Source of the DNA: Eledone cirrhosa
Taxonomy: Eukaryota
Length of the DNA stretch: 64,000 nt
Assembly (NCBI GenBank): GCA_964016885.1
Contig: OZ024757.1
Location: 62,001-126,000, forward strand
Direction of reading: 5' to 3'
In this document: piece after piece, positions 1 to 15,000 of the stretch
Position numbering within the stretch: position 1 is the first letter of the stretch
Layout of the letters: each line of letters opens with the position of its first letter
Notes under the pieces: generated by a model
Told to the model about the DNA's origin: nothing
Database searches by the model: none
Seen by the model: only the letters and a program-made list of their open reading frames with translations
Position numbers and translations under genes: made by a program

Positions 1-3000
1 TGAGATAGAGAAATTGGGCACAAGACAGTAGCTACTAGGGTGAGATAGTGAAATTGGGGTGAAGATAGTAGCAACTAGGGTGGGACAGTGACATTGGAGT
101 GAAGACAGTAGCTACTAGGGTGAGATAGTGATACTGTGGTGGTGACAGTAGCTACTAGGGTGAGATAGTGAAATTGGGGTGAAGACAGTAGCTATTTGGA
201 GAGATAGTGACATTGGGGTGAAGACAGCAGCTACTAGGGTGAGATAGTGACATTGGAGTGAAGACCGTAGCTACTAGGAAGATAGTGACATTGGTGTGAA
301 GACAGTAGCTACAAGGGTGAGATAGTGACATTGGGGTGAAGACAGTAGCTACTATGGCGAGATAGTGTCATTAGGGTGAAGACAGTAGCTACAAGGGTGA
401 GATAGTGACATTAGGGTGGAGACAGTAACTACTAGGGTGAGATAGTGACATTGGGGTGAAGGCAGTAGCTACTTGGGTGAGATAGTGACATTGGGGTGAA
501 GACAGTAGCTAATAGGGTGAGATAGAGACATTGGGCACAAGACAGTAGCTACTAGGGTGAGATAGTGAAATTGGGGTGAAGATAGTAGCAACTAGGGTGG
601 GATAGTGACATTGGAGTGAAGACAGTAGCTACTAGGGTGAGATAGTGACATTGGGGTAAAGACAGTAGCTACTAGGGTGAGATAGTGACATTGGGGTGAA
701 GGCAGTAGCCACTAGGGTGAGATAGAGAAATTGGGGTCAAGACAGTAGCTACTAGGGTGAGATAGTGAAATTGGGGTGAAGATAGTAGCTACTAGGGTGG
801 GATAATGACATTGGAGTGAAGACAGTAGCTACTAGGGTGAGATAGTGACATTGGGGTAAAGACAGTAGCTACTAGGGTGAGATAGTGACATTGGGGTGAA
901 GACAGTAACTACTAGGGGGAGATAGTGACATTCGGGTGAAGATAGTAGCTACTTGGGCGAGATAGTGTCCTTGGGGTGAAGACAATAGCTACTAGAGGGA
1001 GTTAGTGACATTAGGGTGAAGACAGTAGCTACTAGGGTGATGCAGTGACATTGTGGTGGAGCCAATAGTTATTAGAGTGAGATAGTGATATTGAAGTGGA
1101 AACAGTAACTACTAGAGTCAGAGAGTGACATTGGGATGAAGACATTAGCTACGAGGGGGAGATAGTGACATTGGGGAGGCGACAGTAGCTACTAGGGTGA
1201 GATAGTGACATTGGGGTGAAGACAGTAGCTACTAGGGTGAGATAGTGACATTGGAGTGAAGACATTAGCTACTAGGGTGAGATAGTGACATTGGGGTGAA
1301 GGCAGTAGCTTCCTGGGTGAGGTAGTGATATTGGGGTGGAGACAATAGCCACTAGGGGGAGACAGTGACATTGGAGTGAAGACAGTAGCTACTAGGTTGA
1401 GATAGTGACATTGGGGTGAAGACAGTAGCTACTAGGGTGAGATAGTGACATTAGGGTGAAAACAGTAGCTACTAGGGTGAGATCGTGACATTGGGGTAAA
1501 GACAGTAGCTACTAGGTTGAGATAGGGACATTGGGGTGAAGACCGTAGCTACTAGGGTGAGATAGTGACATTGGGGTAAAGACAGTAGCTCCTAGGGTGA
1601 GATAGTGACATTGGAGTGAAGACAGAAGCTATTAGGGTGAGATAGTGACATTGGAGTGAAGACAGTAGCTACTAGGGGGAGATAGTGAAATTGGGGTGAA
1701 GACAGTAGCTACTAGGGTGAGATAGTGACATTGGGGTGAAATCCGTAGCTACTAGGGTGAAATAGTGACATTGGGGTGACGATAGTAGCTACTAGGGTGA
1801 GATAGTGACATTGGGGTGAAGACAGTAGCTACACGGGTGAAATAGTGACATTGGGGTAAAGAGAGTAGCTACTAGGGTGCGATAGTGACATAGGGTTGAA
1901 GGCAGTAGCTACTAGGGTGAGATAGTGAAATTGGGGTGAAGACAGTAGCTACTAGGGTGAGATAGTGACATTGGGGTGAAGACAGTATCTACTAGGGTGA
2001 GATAGTGACATTGGAGTGACGATAGTAGCTACTAGGGTGAGATAGTGACATTGGTGTGAAGACAATAGCTACTAGGGTGAGATAGTGACATTGGGGTTAA
2101 GACAGTAGCTATTTGGGTGAGATAGTGACATTGGGGTGAAGACCGTAGCTACTAGGGTGAGATAGTGACATTGGGGGTAAAGACACTATCTACTAGGGTG
2201 ATATAGTGACATTGAGGTGAAGACACTAGCAACTAGGATGTTATAGTCACATTGGGGTGGAGACAATAGCTCCTAGGGTGAGATAGTGACATTGGAGTGA
2301 AGACAGTGGCTACTAGGGTGAGATAGTGACATTGGGGTGATGAGAGTAGCTACGAGGGTGAGATAGGGACATTGGGATGATGACAATAGCTACTAGGGTG
2401 AGATAGTGATATTGGGGTGGAGACAATAGCTACTAGGGTGAGACAGTGACATTTGAGTGAAGACAGTAGCTACTACGGTGAGATAGTGACATTGGGGTGG
2501 AGACAGGAGCTAATGGGGTGAGATAGTGAAATTGGGGTGAAGACAGTAGCTACTAGGGTGAGATAGTGACATTGGGGTGAAAACAGTAGCTACTAGGGTG
2601 AGATAGTGACATTGGGGTGAAGATAGTAGCTACTAGGGTGAGATAGTGACATTGGGGTGAAGATAGTAGCTACTACGGTGAGATAGTGATATTGGGGTGA
2701 AGAAAGTAGCTATTTGGGTCAGATAGTGACATTGGGGTGAAGACAGTAGCTACTAGGGTGAGATAGTGACATTGGGGTAAAGACAGTAGCTACACGGGTG
2801 AGATAGTGACATTGGGGTAAAGACAGTAGCTACTAGGGTGAGATAGTGACATAGAGTTGAAGGCAGTAGCTACTAGGGTGAGATAGTGAAATTGGGGTGA
2901 AGACAGTAGCTACTAGGGTGAGATAGTGACATTATGGTGAAGACAGTAGCTACTAGGGTGAGATAGTGACATTGGGGTGAAGACAGTATCTACTAGGGTG

Positions 3001-6000
3001 AGATAGTGACATTGGGGTGAAGAAAGTAGCTATAAGGGTGAGATAGTGACATTGGGGTGGAAACAGTAACTACTAGAGTCAGATAGTGACATTTGAGTGA
3101 AGACAGTAGTTACTAGCGTGAGATAGTGACATTACGGTGAAGACAGTAGCTACTAGGGTGAGATAGTGACATTGGGGAAAAGAGAGTAGCTATAAGGGTG
3201 AGATAGTGACATTGGGGTGAAGACAGTAGCTACTAGGGTGAGATAGTGACATTGGGGTGAAGGCACTAGCTACTAGGGGGAGATAGTTACAATGGGGAGG
3301 CGACAGTAGCTACAAGGGTGAGATAGTGACATTGGGGTGAAGACAGTAGCTACTAGGGGGAGATAGTTACAATGGGGAGGCGACAGTAGTTACTAGGGTG
3401 AGATAGGGACATAGGGGTGAAGGCAGTAGCTACTAGGGTGAGATAGTGAAATTGGGGTGACGATAGTATCTACTAGGGTGAGATAGTGACATTGGTGTGA
3501 AGACAATAGCTAATAGGGTGAGATAGTGACATTGGGGTTAAGACAGTAGCTATTTGGGTGAGATAGTGACATTGGGGTGAAGACTGTAGCTACTAGGGTG
3601 AGATAGTGACATTGGGGTAAAGACAGTAGCTACTAGGGTGATATAGTGACATTGGGGTGAAGACACTGGCAACTAGGGTGAGATAGTGACATTGGGGTGG
3701 AGACAATAGCTACTAGGTTGAGATAGTGACATTGGAGTGAAGACAGTAGCTACTAGGGTGAGATAGTGACATTGGGGTGAAATCCGTAGCTACTAGGGTG
3801 AGATAGTGACATTGGGGTGACGATAGTAGCTACTAGGGTGAGATAGTGACATTGGGGTGAAGACACTAGCTACACGGGTGAGATAGTGACATTGGGGTAA
3901 AGAGAGTAGCTACTAGGGTGAGATAGTGACATAGGGGTGAAGGCAGTAGCTACTAGGGTGAGATAGTGAAATTGGGGTGAAGACAGTAGCTACTAGGGTG
4001 AGATAGTGACATTGGGGTGAAGACAGTATCTACTAGGGTGAGATAGTGACATTGGAGTGACGATAGTAGCTACTAGGGTGAGATAGTGACATTGGTGTGA
4101 AGACAATAGCTACTAGGGTGAGATAGTGACATTGGGGTTAAGACAGTAGCTATTTGGGTGAGATAGTGATATTGGTGTGACGATAGTAGTTACTAGGGTG
4201 AGATAGTGACATTGGGGTGAAGACAGTAGTTACTAGGGTGAGATAGTGATATTGGTGTGACGATAGTAGTTACTAGGGTGAGATAGTGACATTGGGGTGA
4301 AGATAGTAGTTACTAGGGTGAGATAGTGACATTGGGGTGAAGACAGTAGTTACACGGGTGAGATAGTGACATTGGGGTAAAGACAGTAGCTACTAGGGTG
4401 AGCTAGTGACATTGGGGTGAAGACATTAGCTACTAGGGTGAGATAGTGACATTGGGGTGTAGACAGTAGCTACTTGGGTGAGATAGTGACATTGGGGTGA
4501 AGACAGTAGCTACTAGGGTGAGATAGTGACATTGGGGTGAAGACATTAGCTACTAGGGTGAGATAGTGAAATTGGGGTGGAGACAGTAGCTACTAGGGTG
4601 AGATAGAGACATTGGGATGGAGACAGTAGCTACTAGTGTGCGATAGTGACATTGGGGTCGTGACAGTAGCTACTAGGGGGAGATAGTGAGATTGGGGTAA
4701 AGACTGTAGCTACTAGAGTGACATAGTGACATTGGGGTGAAGGCAGTAGCTACTAGGGTGAGATAGTGATACTGTGGTGGTGACAGTAGCTACTAGGGTG
4801 AGATAGTGAAATTGGGGTGGAGACAATGGCTACTAGGGTGAAGACAGTAGATCCTAGGGGGAGATAGTGACAATGGGGAGGCGACAGTAGCTACTAGGGT
4901 GAGATAGTGACATTAGGGTGGAGACAGTAACTACTAGGGTGAGATAGTGACATTGGGGTGAAGGCAGTAGCTACTTGGGTGAGATAGTGACATTGGGGTG
5001 AAGACAGTAGCTAATAGGGTGAGATAGAGAAATTGGGCACAAGACAGTAGCTACTAGGGTGAGATAGTGAAATTGGGGTGAAGATAGTAGCAACTAGGGT
5101 GGGATAGTGACATTGGAGTGAAGACAGTAGCTACTAGGGTGAGATAGTGATACTGTGGTGGTGACAGTAGCTACTAGGGTGAGATAGTGAAATTGGGGTG
5201 AAGACAGTAGCTATTTGGAGAGATAGTGACATTGGGGTGAAGACAGCAGCTACGAGGGGGAGATAGTGACATTGGGGAGGCGACAGTAGCTACTAGGGTG
5301 AGATAGTGACATTGGTGTGAAGACAGTAGCTACAAGGGTGAGATAGTGACATTGGGGTGAAGACAGTAGCTACTATGGCGAGATAGTGTCATTAGGGTGA
5401 AGACAGTAGCTACAAGGGTGAGATAGTGACATTAGGGTGGAGACAGTAACTACTAGGGTGAGATAGTGACATTGGGGTGAAGGCAGTAGCTACTTGGGTG
5501 AGATAGTGACATTGGGGTGAAGACAGTAGCTAATAGGGTGAGATAGAGACATTGGGCACAAGACAGTAGCTACTAGGGTGAGATAGTGAAATTGGGGTGA
5601 AGATAGTAGCAACTAGGGTGGGACAGTGACATTGGAGTGAAGACAGTAGCTACTAGGGTGAGATAGTGACATTGGGGTAAAGACAGTAGCTACTAGGGTG
5701 AGATAGTGACATTGGGGTGAAGGCAGTAGCCACTAGGGTGAGATAGAGAAATTGGGGTCAAGACAGTAGCTACTAGGGTGAGATAGTGAAATTGGGGTGA
5801 AGATAGTAGCTACTAGGGTGGGATAATGACATTGGAGTGAAGACAGTAGCTACTAGGGTGAGATAGTGACATTGGGGTAAAGACAGTAGCTACTAGGGTG
5901 AGATAGTGACATTGGGGTGAAGACAGTAACTACTAGGGGGAGATAGTGACATTCGGGTGAAGATAGTAGCTACTTGGGCGAGATAGTGTCCTTGGGGTGA

Positions 6001-9000
6001 AGACAATAGCTACTAGAGGGAGTTAGTGACATTAGGGTGAAGACAGTAGCTACTAGGGTGATGCAGTGACATTGTGGTGGAGCCAATAGTTATTAGAGTG
6101 AGATAGTGATATTGAAGTGGAAACAGTAACTACTAGAGACAGAGAGTGACATTGGGATGAAGACATTAGCTACGAGGGGGAGATAGTGACATTGGGGAGG
6201 CGACAGTAGCTACTAGGGTGAGATAGTGACATTGGGGTGAAGACAGTAGCTACTAGGGTGAGATAGTGACATTGGAGTGAAGACATTAGCTACTAGGGTG
6301 AGATAGTGACATTGGGGTGAAGGCAGTAGCTTCCTGGGTGAGGTAGTGATATTGGGGTGGAGACAATAGCCACTAGGGGGAGACAGTGACATTGGAGTGA
6401 AGACAGTAGCTACTAGGTTGAGATAGTGACATTGGGGTGAAGACAGTAGCTACTAGGGTGAGATAGTGACATTAGGGTGAAAACAGTAGCTACTAGGGTG
6501 AGATCGTGACATTGGGGTAAAGACAGTAGCTACTAGGTTGAGATAGGGACATTGGGGTGAAGACCGTAGCTACTAGGGTGAGATAGTGACATTGGGGTAA
6601 AGACAGTAGCTCCTAGGGTGAGATAGTGACATTGGAGTGAAGACAGAAGCTATTAGGGTGAGATAGTGACATTGGAGTGAAGACAGTAGCTACTAGGGGG
6701 AGATAGTGAAATTGGGGTGAAGACAGTAGCTACTAGGGTGAGATAGTGACATTGGGGTGAAATCCGTAGCTACTAGGGTGAAATAGTGACATTGGGGTGA
6801 CGATAGTAGCTACTAGGGTGAGATAGTGACATTGGGGTGAAGACAGTAGCTACACGGGTGAAATAGTGACATTGGGGTAAAGAGAGTAGCTACTAGGGTG
6901 AGATAGTGACATAGGGTTGAAGGCAGTAGCTACTAGGGTGAGATAGTGAAATTGGGGTGAAGACAGTAGCTACTAGGGTGAGATAGTGACATTGGGGTGA
7001 AGACAGTATCTACTAGGGTGAGATAGTGACATTGGAGTGACGATAGTAGCTACTAGGGAGAGATAGTGACATTGGTGTGAAGACAATAGCTACTAGGGTG
7101 AGATAGTGACATTGGGGTTAAGACAGTAGCTATTTGGGTGAGATAGTGACATTGGGGTGAAGACCGTAGCTACTAGGGTGAGATAGTGACATTGGGGGTA
7201 AAGACACTATCTACTAGGGTGATATAGTGACATTGAGGTGAAGACACTAGCAACTAGGATGTTATAGACACATTGGGGTGGAGACAATAGCTCCTAGGGT
7301 GAGATAGTGACATTAGGGTGAAGACAGTGGCTACTAGGGTGAGATAGTGACATTGGGGTGATGAGAGTAGCTATAAGGGTGAGATAGTGACATTGGGGTG
7401 GAAACAGTAATTACTAGAGTCAGATAGTGACATTTGAGTGAAGACAGCAGTTACTAGGGTGAGATAGTGACATTAGGGTGAAGACAGTAGCTACTAGGGT
7501 GAGATAGTGACATTGGGGTGAAGACACTAGCTACTAGGGGGAGATAGTTACAATGGGGAGGCGACAGTAGCTACAACGGTGAGATAGTGACATTGGGGTG
7601 AAGACAGTAGCTACTAGGGGGAGATAGTTACAATGGGGAGGCGACAGTAGCTACTAGGGTGAGATAGTGACATAGGGGTGAAGGCAGTAGCTACTAGGGT
7701 GAGATAGTGACATTAGGGTGAAGACTGTAGCTACTAGGGTGAGATAGTGACATTGGGGTGAAGACAGTAGCTACTGGGGTGAGATAGTGTCATTGGGGTG
7801 ACGATAGTAGCTACTAGGGTGAGATAGTGACATTGGTGTGAAGACAATAGCTACTGGGGTGAGATAGTGACATTGAGGTTAAGACAGTAGCTATTTGGGT
7901 GAGATAGTGACATTGGGGTTAAGACTGTAGCTACTAGGGTGAGATAGTGACATTGGGGTAAAGACAGTAGCTACTAGGGTGATATAGTGACATTGGGGTG
8001 AAGACATTGGCAACTAGGGGGACATAGTGACATTGGGGTGGAGACAATAGCTACTAGGGTGAGATAGTGACATTAGTGTGAAGACAGTAGCTACTAGAGT
8101 GAGATAGTGATATTGGGGTGATGACAATAGCCACTAGGGTGAGACAGTGACATTTGAGTGAAGACAGTAGCTACTAGGGTGAGATAGTGACATTGGAGTT
8201 ACGATAGTAGCTACTAGGGTGAGATAGTGACATTGGGGTGAAGATAGTAGCTACTACAGTTAGATAGTGACATTGGGGTGAAGAAAGTAGCTATTTGGGT
8301 CAGATAGTGACATTGGGGTGAAGACAGTAGCTACTAGGGTGAGATAGTGACATTGGGGTAAAGACAGTAGCTACTAGGGTGAGATAGTGACATTAGGGTG
8401 AAGACAGTAGCTACTAGGGTGAGATAGTGACATCAGGGTAAAGACAATAGCTATAAGGGTGAGATAGTGACATTGGGGTGAAGACAGTAGCTACTAGGGT
8501 GAGATAGTGACATTGGGGTGAAGACAGTAGCTACTAGGGGGCGATAGTTACAATGGGGAGGCGACAGTAGCTACAAGTGTGAGATAGTGACATTGGAGTG
8601 AAGACATTAGCTACTAGGTTGAGCTAGTGATATTGGGGTGGAGACAGTAGCTACTAGGGTTAGATAGTAACATGAGGATGAAGCCAGTAGTTACTAGGGT
8701 GAGATAGTGACATTGGGGTGAAGACACTAACTACTAGGGTGAAATAGTGACATTGGGGTGAAGACAGTAGCTACTAGGGTGAGATAGTGACATTGGGGTG
8801 AAGGCAGTAGCTACTTGCGTGAGATAGTGACATTGGGGCGAAGACAGTAGCTACTAGGGTGAGATAGTGACATTGGGGTGAAGACAGTAGCTACTAGGGT
8901 GAGATAGTGAAATTGGGGTGAAGACAGTAGATACTAAGGTGAGATAGTGAAATTGGGGTGAAGACAATAGCTACTAGGGTGAGATAGTGACATTGGGGTG

Positions 9001-12000
9001 AAGACAGTAGCTATTTGGGTGAGATAGTGACATTGGGGTGAAAACAGTAGCTACTAGGGTGAGATAGTGACATTGGGTGAAGACAGTAGCTACTAGGGTG
9101 AGATAGTGACATTGTGGTGACGATAGAAGCTACTAGGGTGAGATAGTGACATTGGGTGAAGACAGTAGCTATTCGGAGAGATAGTGACATTGGGGGAAGA
9201 GATTAGCTACTAGGGTGAGATAGTGACATTGGGGTGAAAACAGTAGCTATTTGGGTGAGATAGTGACATTGGGGTGAAGACAGTAGCTACTAGAGTGAGA
9301 TAGTGACATTCGGGTGAAGACAGTAGCTACTAGGGTGAGATAGTGACATTGTGGTGACGATAGAAGCTACTAGGGTGAGATAGTGACATTGGGTGAAGAC
9401 AGTAGCTACACGGGTGAGATAGTGACATTGGAGTAAAGACACTAGCTACTACGGTGAGATAGTGACATTGGGGTGAAGAGAGTAGCTACGAGGGTGAGAT
9501 GGGGACATTGGGGAGAAGACAGTAGCTACTAGGGATAAATATTGACATTGGCGTGAAGGCAGTAGCTACTTGGGTGAGATAGTGACATTGGGGTGACGAC
9601 AATAGCTACTAGGGTGAGATAGTGACATTAGGGTGAAGACAGTAGCTACTAGGGTGAGATAGTGATATTGGAGTGGAGACAATAGCTACTAGGGTGAGAC
9701 AGTGACATTGGAGTGAAGACAGTAGCTACTAAGGTGAGATAGTGACATTGGGGTGGAGACAGTAGCTACTAGGTTTAAATAGTGACATTGGCGTGGAGAC
9801 AATAGCTATTAGGGTGAGATAGTGACATTGGGGTTAAGACAGTAGCTACTAGGGTGAGATAGTGACATTAGGGTGAAGTCAGTAGCTACTAGGGTGAGAT
9901 AGTGACATCAGGGTAAAGACAGTAGCTATAAGGGTGAGATAGTGACATTGAGGTGGAAACAGTAACTACTAGAGTCAGATAGTGACGTTTGAGTGAAGAC
10001 AGTAGCTACTAGGATGAGATAGTGACATTAGGGTGCAGACAGTATATTCTAGGGTGAGATAGTGACATTGGGGTAAAGAGAGTAGCTATAAGGGTGAGAT
10101 AGTGACATTTGGGTGAAGAGAGTAGCTACTTGGGTGAGATAGTGACATTGGGGTGAAGACAGTAGCTACTAGGGGGAGATAGTTAAAATGGGGAGGCAAC
10201 AGTAGCTACTAGGGTGAGATAGTGACATAGGGGTGAAGGCAGTAGCTACTAGGGTGAGATAGTGAAATTGGGGTGAAGACAGTAGCTACTAGGGTGAGAT
10301 AGTGACATTAGGGTGAAAACAGTAGCTACTAGGGTGAGATAGTGACATTGGGGTGAAGACAGTAGCTACTAGGGTGATATAGTGACATTGGGGTGACGAT
10401 AATAGCTAATAGGGTGAGATAGTGACATTGGTGTGAAGACAATAGCTACTAGGGTGAGATAGTGACATTGGGTTTAAGACAGTAGCTATTTGGGTGAGAT
10501 AGTGACATCGGGGTGAAGACAGTAGCTACTAGGGTGATATAGTGAAATTGGGGTGAAGACACTGGCAACTAGGGTAACATAGTGACATTGGGGTGGAGAC
10601 AATAGCTACTAGGGTGAGATAGGGACATTGGGAAGAAGACAGTAGCTACTAGGGTGAAATAGTGACATTGGCGTGAAGGCAGTATCTACTTGGGTGAGAT
10701 AGTGACGTTGGGCTGATGACAATAGCTACTAGGGTGAGATAGTGACATTAGGGTGAAGACAGTAGCTACTAGGGTGAGATAGTGATATTGGGGTGGAGAC
10801 AATAGCTACTAGGCTGAGACAGTGACATTTGAATGAAGACAGTAGCTACTACGGTGAGATAGTGACATTGGGGTGGAGACAGGAGCTAATAGGGTGGGAT
10901 AGTGAAATTGGGGTGAAGACAGTAGCTACTAGGGTGAGATAGTGACATTGGGGTGAAGATAGTAGCTACTAGGGTGAGATAGTGACATCGGGGTGAAGAT
11001 AGTAGCTACTACGGTGAGATAGTGATATTGGGGTGAAGAAAGTAGCTATTGGGGACAGATAGTGACATTGGGGTGAAGACAGTAGCTACTAGGGTGAGAT
11101 GGTGACATTGGGGTAAAGACGGTAGCTACTAGGGTGAGATAGTGATATTAGGGTGAAGACAGTAGCTACTAGGGTGAGATAGTGACATCAGGGTAAAGAC
11201 AGTAGCTACTAGGGGGAGATAGTTACAATGGAGAGGCGACAGTAGCTACAATTGTGAGATAGTGACATTGGAGTGAACAGAGTAGCTACTAGATTGAAAT
11301 AGTGACATTGGCGTGAAGGCAGTAGCTACTAGGGTGAGACAGTGACATTTGAGTGAAGACAGTAGCTACTACGGTGAGATAGTGACATTGGGGTGGAGAC
11401 AGTAGCTACTAGGGTGAGATAGTGACATTGGGGTGAAGATAGTAGCTAATAGGGTGAGATAGTGACATTGGGGTAAAGACAGTAGCTACTAGGGTGAGAT
11501 GGTGACATTGGGGTAAAGAGAGTAGCTATAAGGGTGAGATAGTGACATTGGGGTGACGACAGTAGCTACTAGGGGGAGATAGTTACAATGGGGAGGCGAC
11601 AGTAGCTACAAGTGTGAGAAAGGGGTGAAGAAAGTAGCTATTGGGGACAGATAGTGACATTGGGGTGAAGACAGTAGCTACTAGGGTGAGATAGTGACAT
11701 TGGAGTGAAGATAGTAGCTACTAGGGTGAGATAGTGACATTGGGGTGAAAACAGTAGCTACTAGGGTGAGATAGTGACATTGGGGTGAAGATAGTAGCTA
11801 ATAGGGTGAGATAGTGACATTGGGGTAAAGACAGTAGCTACTAGGGTGAGATGGTGACATTGGGGTAAAGAGAGTAGCTATAAGGGTGAGATAGTGACAT
11901 TGGGGTGACGACAGTAGCTACTAGGGGGAGATAGTTACAATGGGGAGGCGACAGTAGCTACAAGTGTGAGATAGTGACATTGGAGTGAACAGAGTAGCTA

Positions 12001-15000
12001 CTAGATTGAAATAGTGACATTGGCGTGAAGGCAGTAGCTACTAGGGTGAGACAGTGACATTTGAGTGAAGACAGTAGCTACTACGGTGAGATAGTGACAT
12101 TGGGGTGGAGACAGTAGCTACTAGGGTGAGATAGTGACATCGGAGTGAAAACAGTAGCTACTAGGGTGAGATAGTGACATCGGGGTGAAGATAGTAGCTA
12201 CTAGGGTGAGATAGTGACATTGGGGTGAAGATAGTAGCTACTACGGTGAGATAGTGACACTGGGGTGAAGAAAGTAGCTATTTGGGACAGATAGTGACAT
12301 TGGGGTGAAGACACTAGCTACTAGGGTGAGATGGTGACATTGGGGTAAAGACAGTAGCCACTAGTGTGAGATGGTGACATTGGGGTGAAGATAGTAGCTA
12401 ATAGGTTTAGATAGTGACATTGGCGTAAAGACAGTAGCTACTAGGGTGAGATAGTGACATTGGGTTGGAAACAGTAACTATTAGAGTCAGATAATGACAT
12501 TGGCATGAAGATAGTAGCTACTAAGGTGAGATAGTGACATTAGGGTGAAGACAGTAGCTACTAGGGTGAGATAGTGACATTGGGGTAAAGAGAGTAGCTA
12601 TAAGGGTGAGATAGTGACATTGGGGTGAAGACAGTAGCTACTAGGGTGAGATAGTGACATTGGAGTGAAGACAGTAGCTACTAGGGGGAGATAGTTACAA
12701 TGGGGAGGCGACAGTAGCTACAAGTGTGAGATAGTGACATTGGAGTGAAGACAGTAGCTACTAGGGTGAGATAGTGACATTGGGGTGAAGACAGTAGCTA
12801 CTAGGGCGAGATAGTGACATTGGGGTGAAGATAGTATCTATAAGGGTGAGATAGTGACATTGGGGTGGAAACAGTAACCACTAGAGTTAGATAGTGACAT
12901 TTGAGTGAAGACAGTAGCTACTAGGGTGAGATAGTGACATTGGAGTGAAGACAGTAGCTACTAGGGTGAGATAGTGACATGAGGATGAAGCCAGTAGTTA
13001 CTAGGGTGAGATAGTGACATCGGGGTGGAGACAATAGCTACTAGGGTGAGATAGTGACATTGGGGTGAAGACAGTAGCTACTAGGGTGAGATAGTGAAAT
13101 TGGGGTGAAGACAGTAGATACTAGGGTGAGATAGTGACATTGGGGTGAAGACCGTAGCTACTAGGGTGAGATAGTCACAATGGGGAGCCGACAGTAGCTA
13201 CTAGAGTGAGATAGTGACATTGGGGGGAAGACAGTAGCTACTAGGGTGAGATAGTGACATTGGGGTGAAGACACTAGCTACTAGGGTGAGATAGTGACAT
13301 TGGGGTGAAGGCAGTAGCTACTATGGTGAGATAGTGACATTGGGGTGAAGACAGTAGCTACTAGGATGAGATAGTGACATTGGGGTGACGATAGTAGCTA
13401 CTAGGGTGTAATAGTGACATTGGGGCGAAGACAGTAGCTACTAGGGTGAGATAGTGACATTGGGGTGAAGACAGTAGCTACTAGGGCGAGATAGTGACAT
13501 TGGGGTGTAGATAGTAGCTATAAGGGTGAGATAGTGACATTGGGTTGGAAACAGTAACTATTAGAGTCAGATAATGACATTGGCATGAAGATAGTAGCTA
13601 CTAGGGTGAGATAGTGACATTAGGGTGAAGACAGTAGCTACTAGGGTGAGATAGTGACATTGGGGTAAAGAGAGTAGCTATAAGGGTGAGATAGTGACAT
13701 TGGGGTGAAGACAGTAGCTACTAGGGTGAGATAGTGACATTGGAGTGAAGACAGTAGCTACTAGGGGGAGATAGTTACAATGGGGAGGCGACAGTAGCTA
13801 CAAGTGTGAGATAGTGACATTGGAGTGAAGACAGTAGCTACTAGGGTGAGATAGTGACATTGGGGTGAAGACAGTAGCTACTAGGGCGAGATAGTGACAT
13901 TGGGGTGAAGATAGTATCTATAAGGGTGAGATAGTGACATTGGGGTGGAAACAGTAACCACTAGAGTTAGATAGTGACATTTGAGTGAAGACAGTAGCTA
14001 CTAGGGTGAGATAGTGACATTGGAGTGAAGACAGTAGCTACTAGGGTGAGATAGTGACATGAGGATGAAGCCAGTAGTTACTAGGGTGAGATAGTGACAT
14101 CGGGGTGGAGACAATAGCTACTAGGGTGAGATAGTGACATTGGGGTGAAGACAGTAGCTACTAGGGTGAGATAGTGAAATTGGGGTGAAGACAGTAGATA
14201 CTAGGGTGAGATAGTGACATTGGGTTGAAGACAGTAGCTATTTGGGTGAGATAGTGACATTGGGGTGAAGACCGTAGCTACTAGGGTGAGATAGTCACAA
14301 TGGGGAGCCGACAGTAGCTACTAGAGTGAGATAGTGACATTGGGGGGAAGACAGTAGCTACTAGGGTGAGATAGTGACATTGGGGTGAAGACACTAGCTA
14401 CTAGGGTGAGATAGTGACATTGGGGTGAAGGCAGTAGCTACTATGGTGAGATAGTGACATTGGGGTGAAGACAGTAGCTACTAGGATGAGATAGTGACAT
14501 TGGGGTGACGATAGTAGCTACTAGGGTGTAATAGTGACATTGGGGCGAAGACAGTAGCTACTAGGGTGAGATAGTGACATTGGGGTGAAGACAGTAGCTA
14601 CTAGGGCGAGATAGTGACATTGGGGTGTAGATAGTAGCTATAAGGGTGAGATAGTGACATTGGGGTGGAAACAGTAACTACTAGAGTCAGATAGTGACAT
14701 TTGAGTGAAGACAGTAGCTACTAGGGTGAGATAGTGACATTAGGGTGAAGACAGTAGCTACTAGGGTGAGATAGTGACATTGGGGTAAAGAGAGTAGCTA
14801 TAAGGGTGAGATAGTTAGATTGGGGTGAAGACAGTAGCTACTAGGGTGAGATAGTGACATTGGGGTGAAGACAGTAGCTACTAGGGGGAGATAGTTACAA
14901 TGGGGTGGCGACAGTAGCTACAAGGGTGAGATAGTGACATTGGGGTGAAGACAGTAGCTACTAGGGGGAGATAGTTACAATTGGGAGGCGACAGTAGCTA

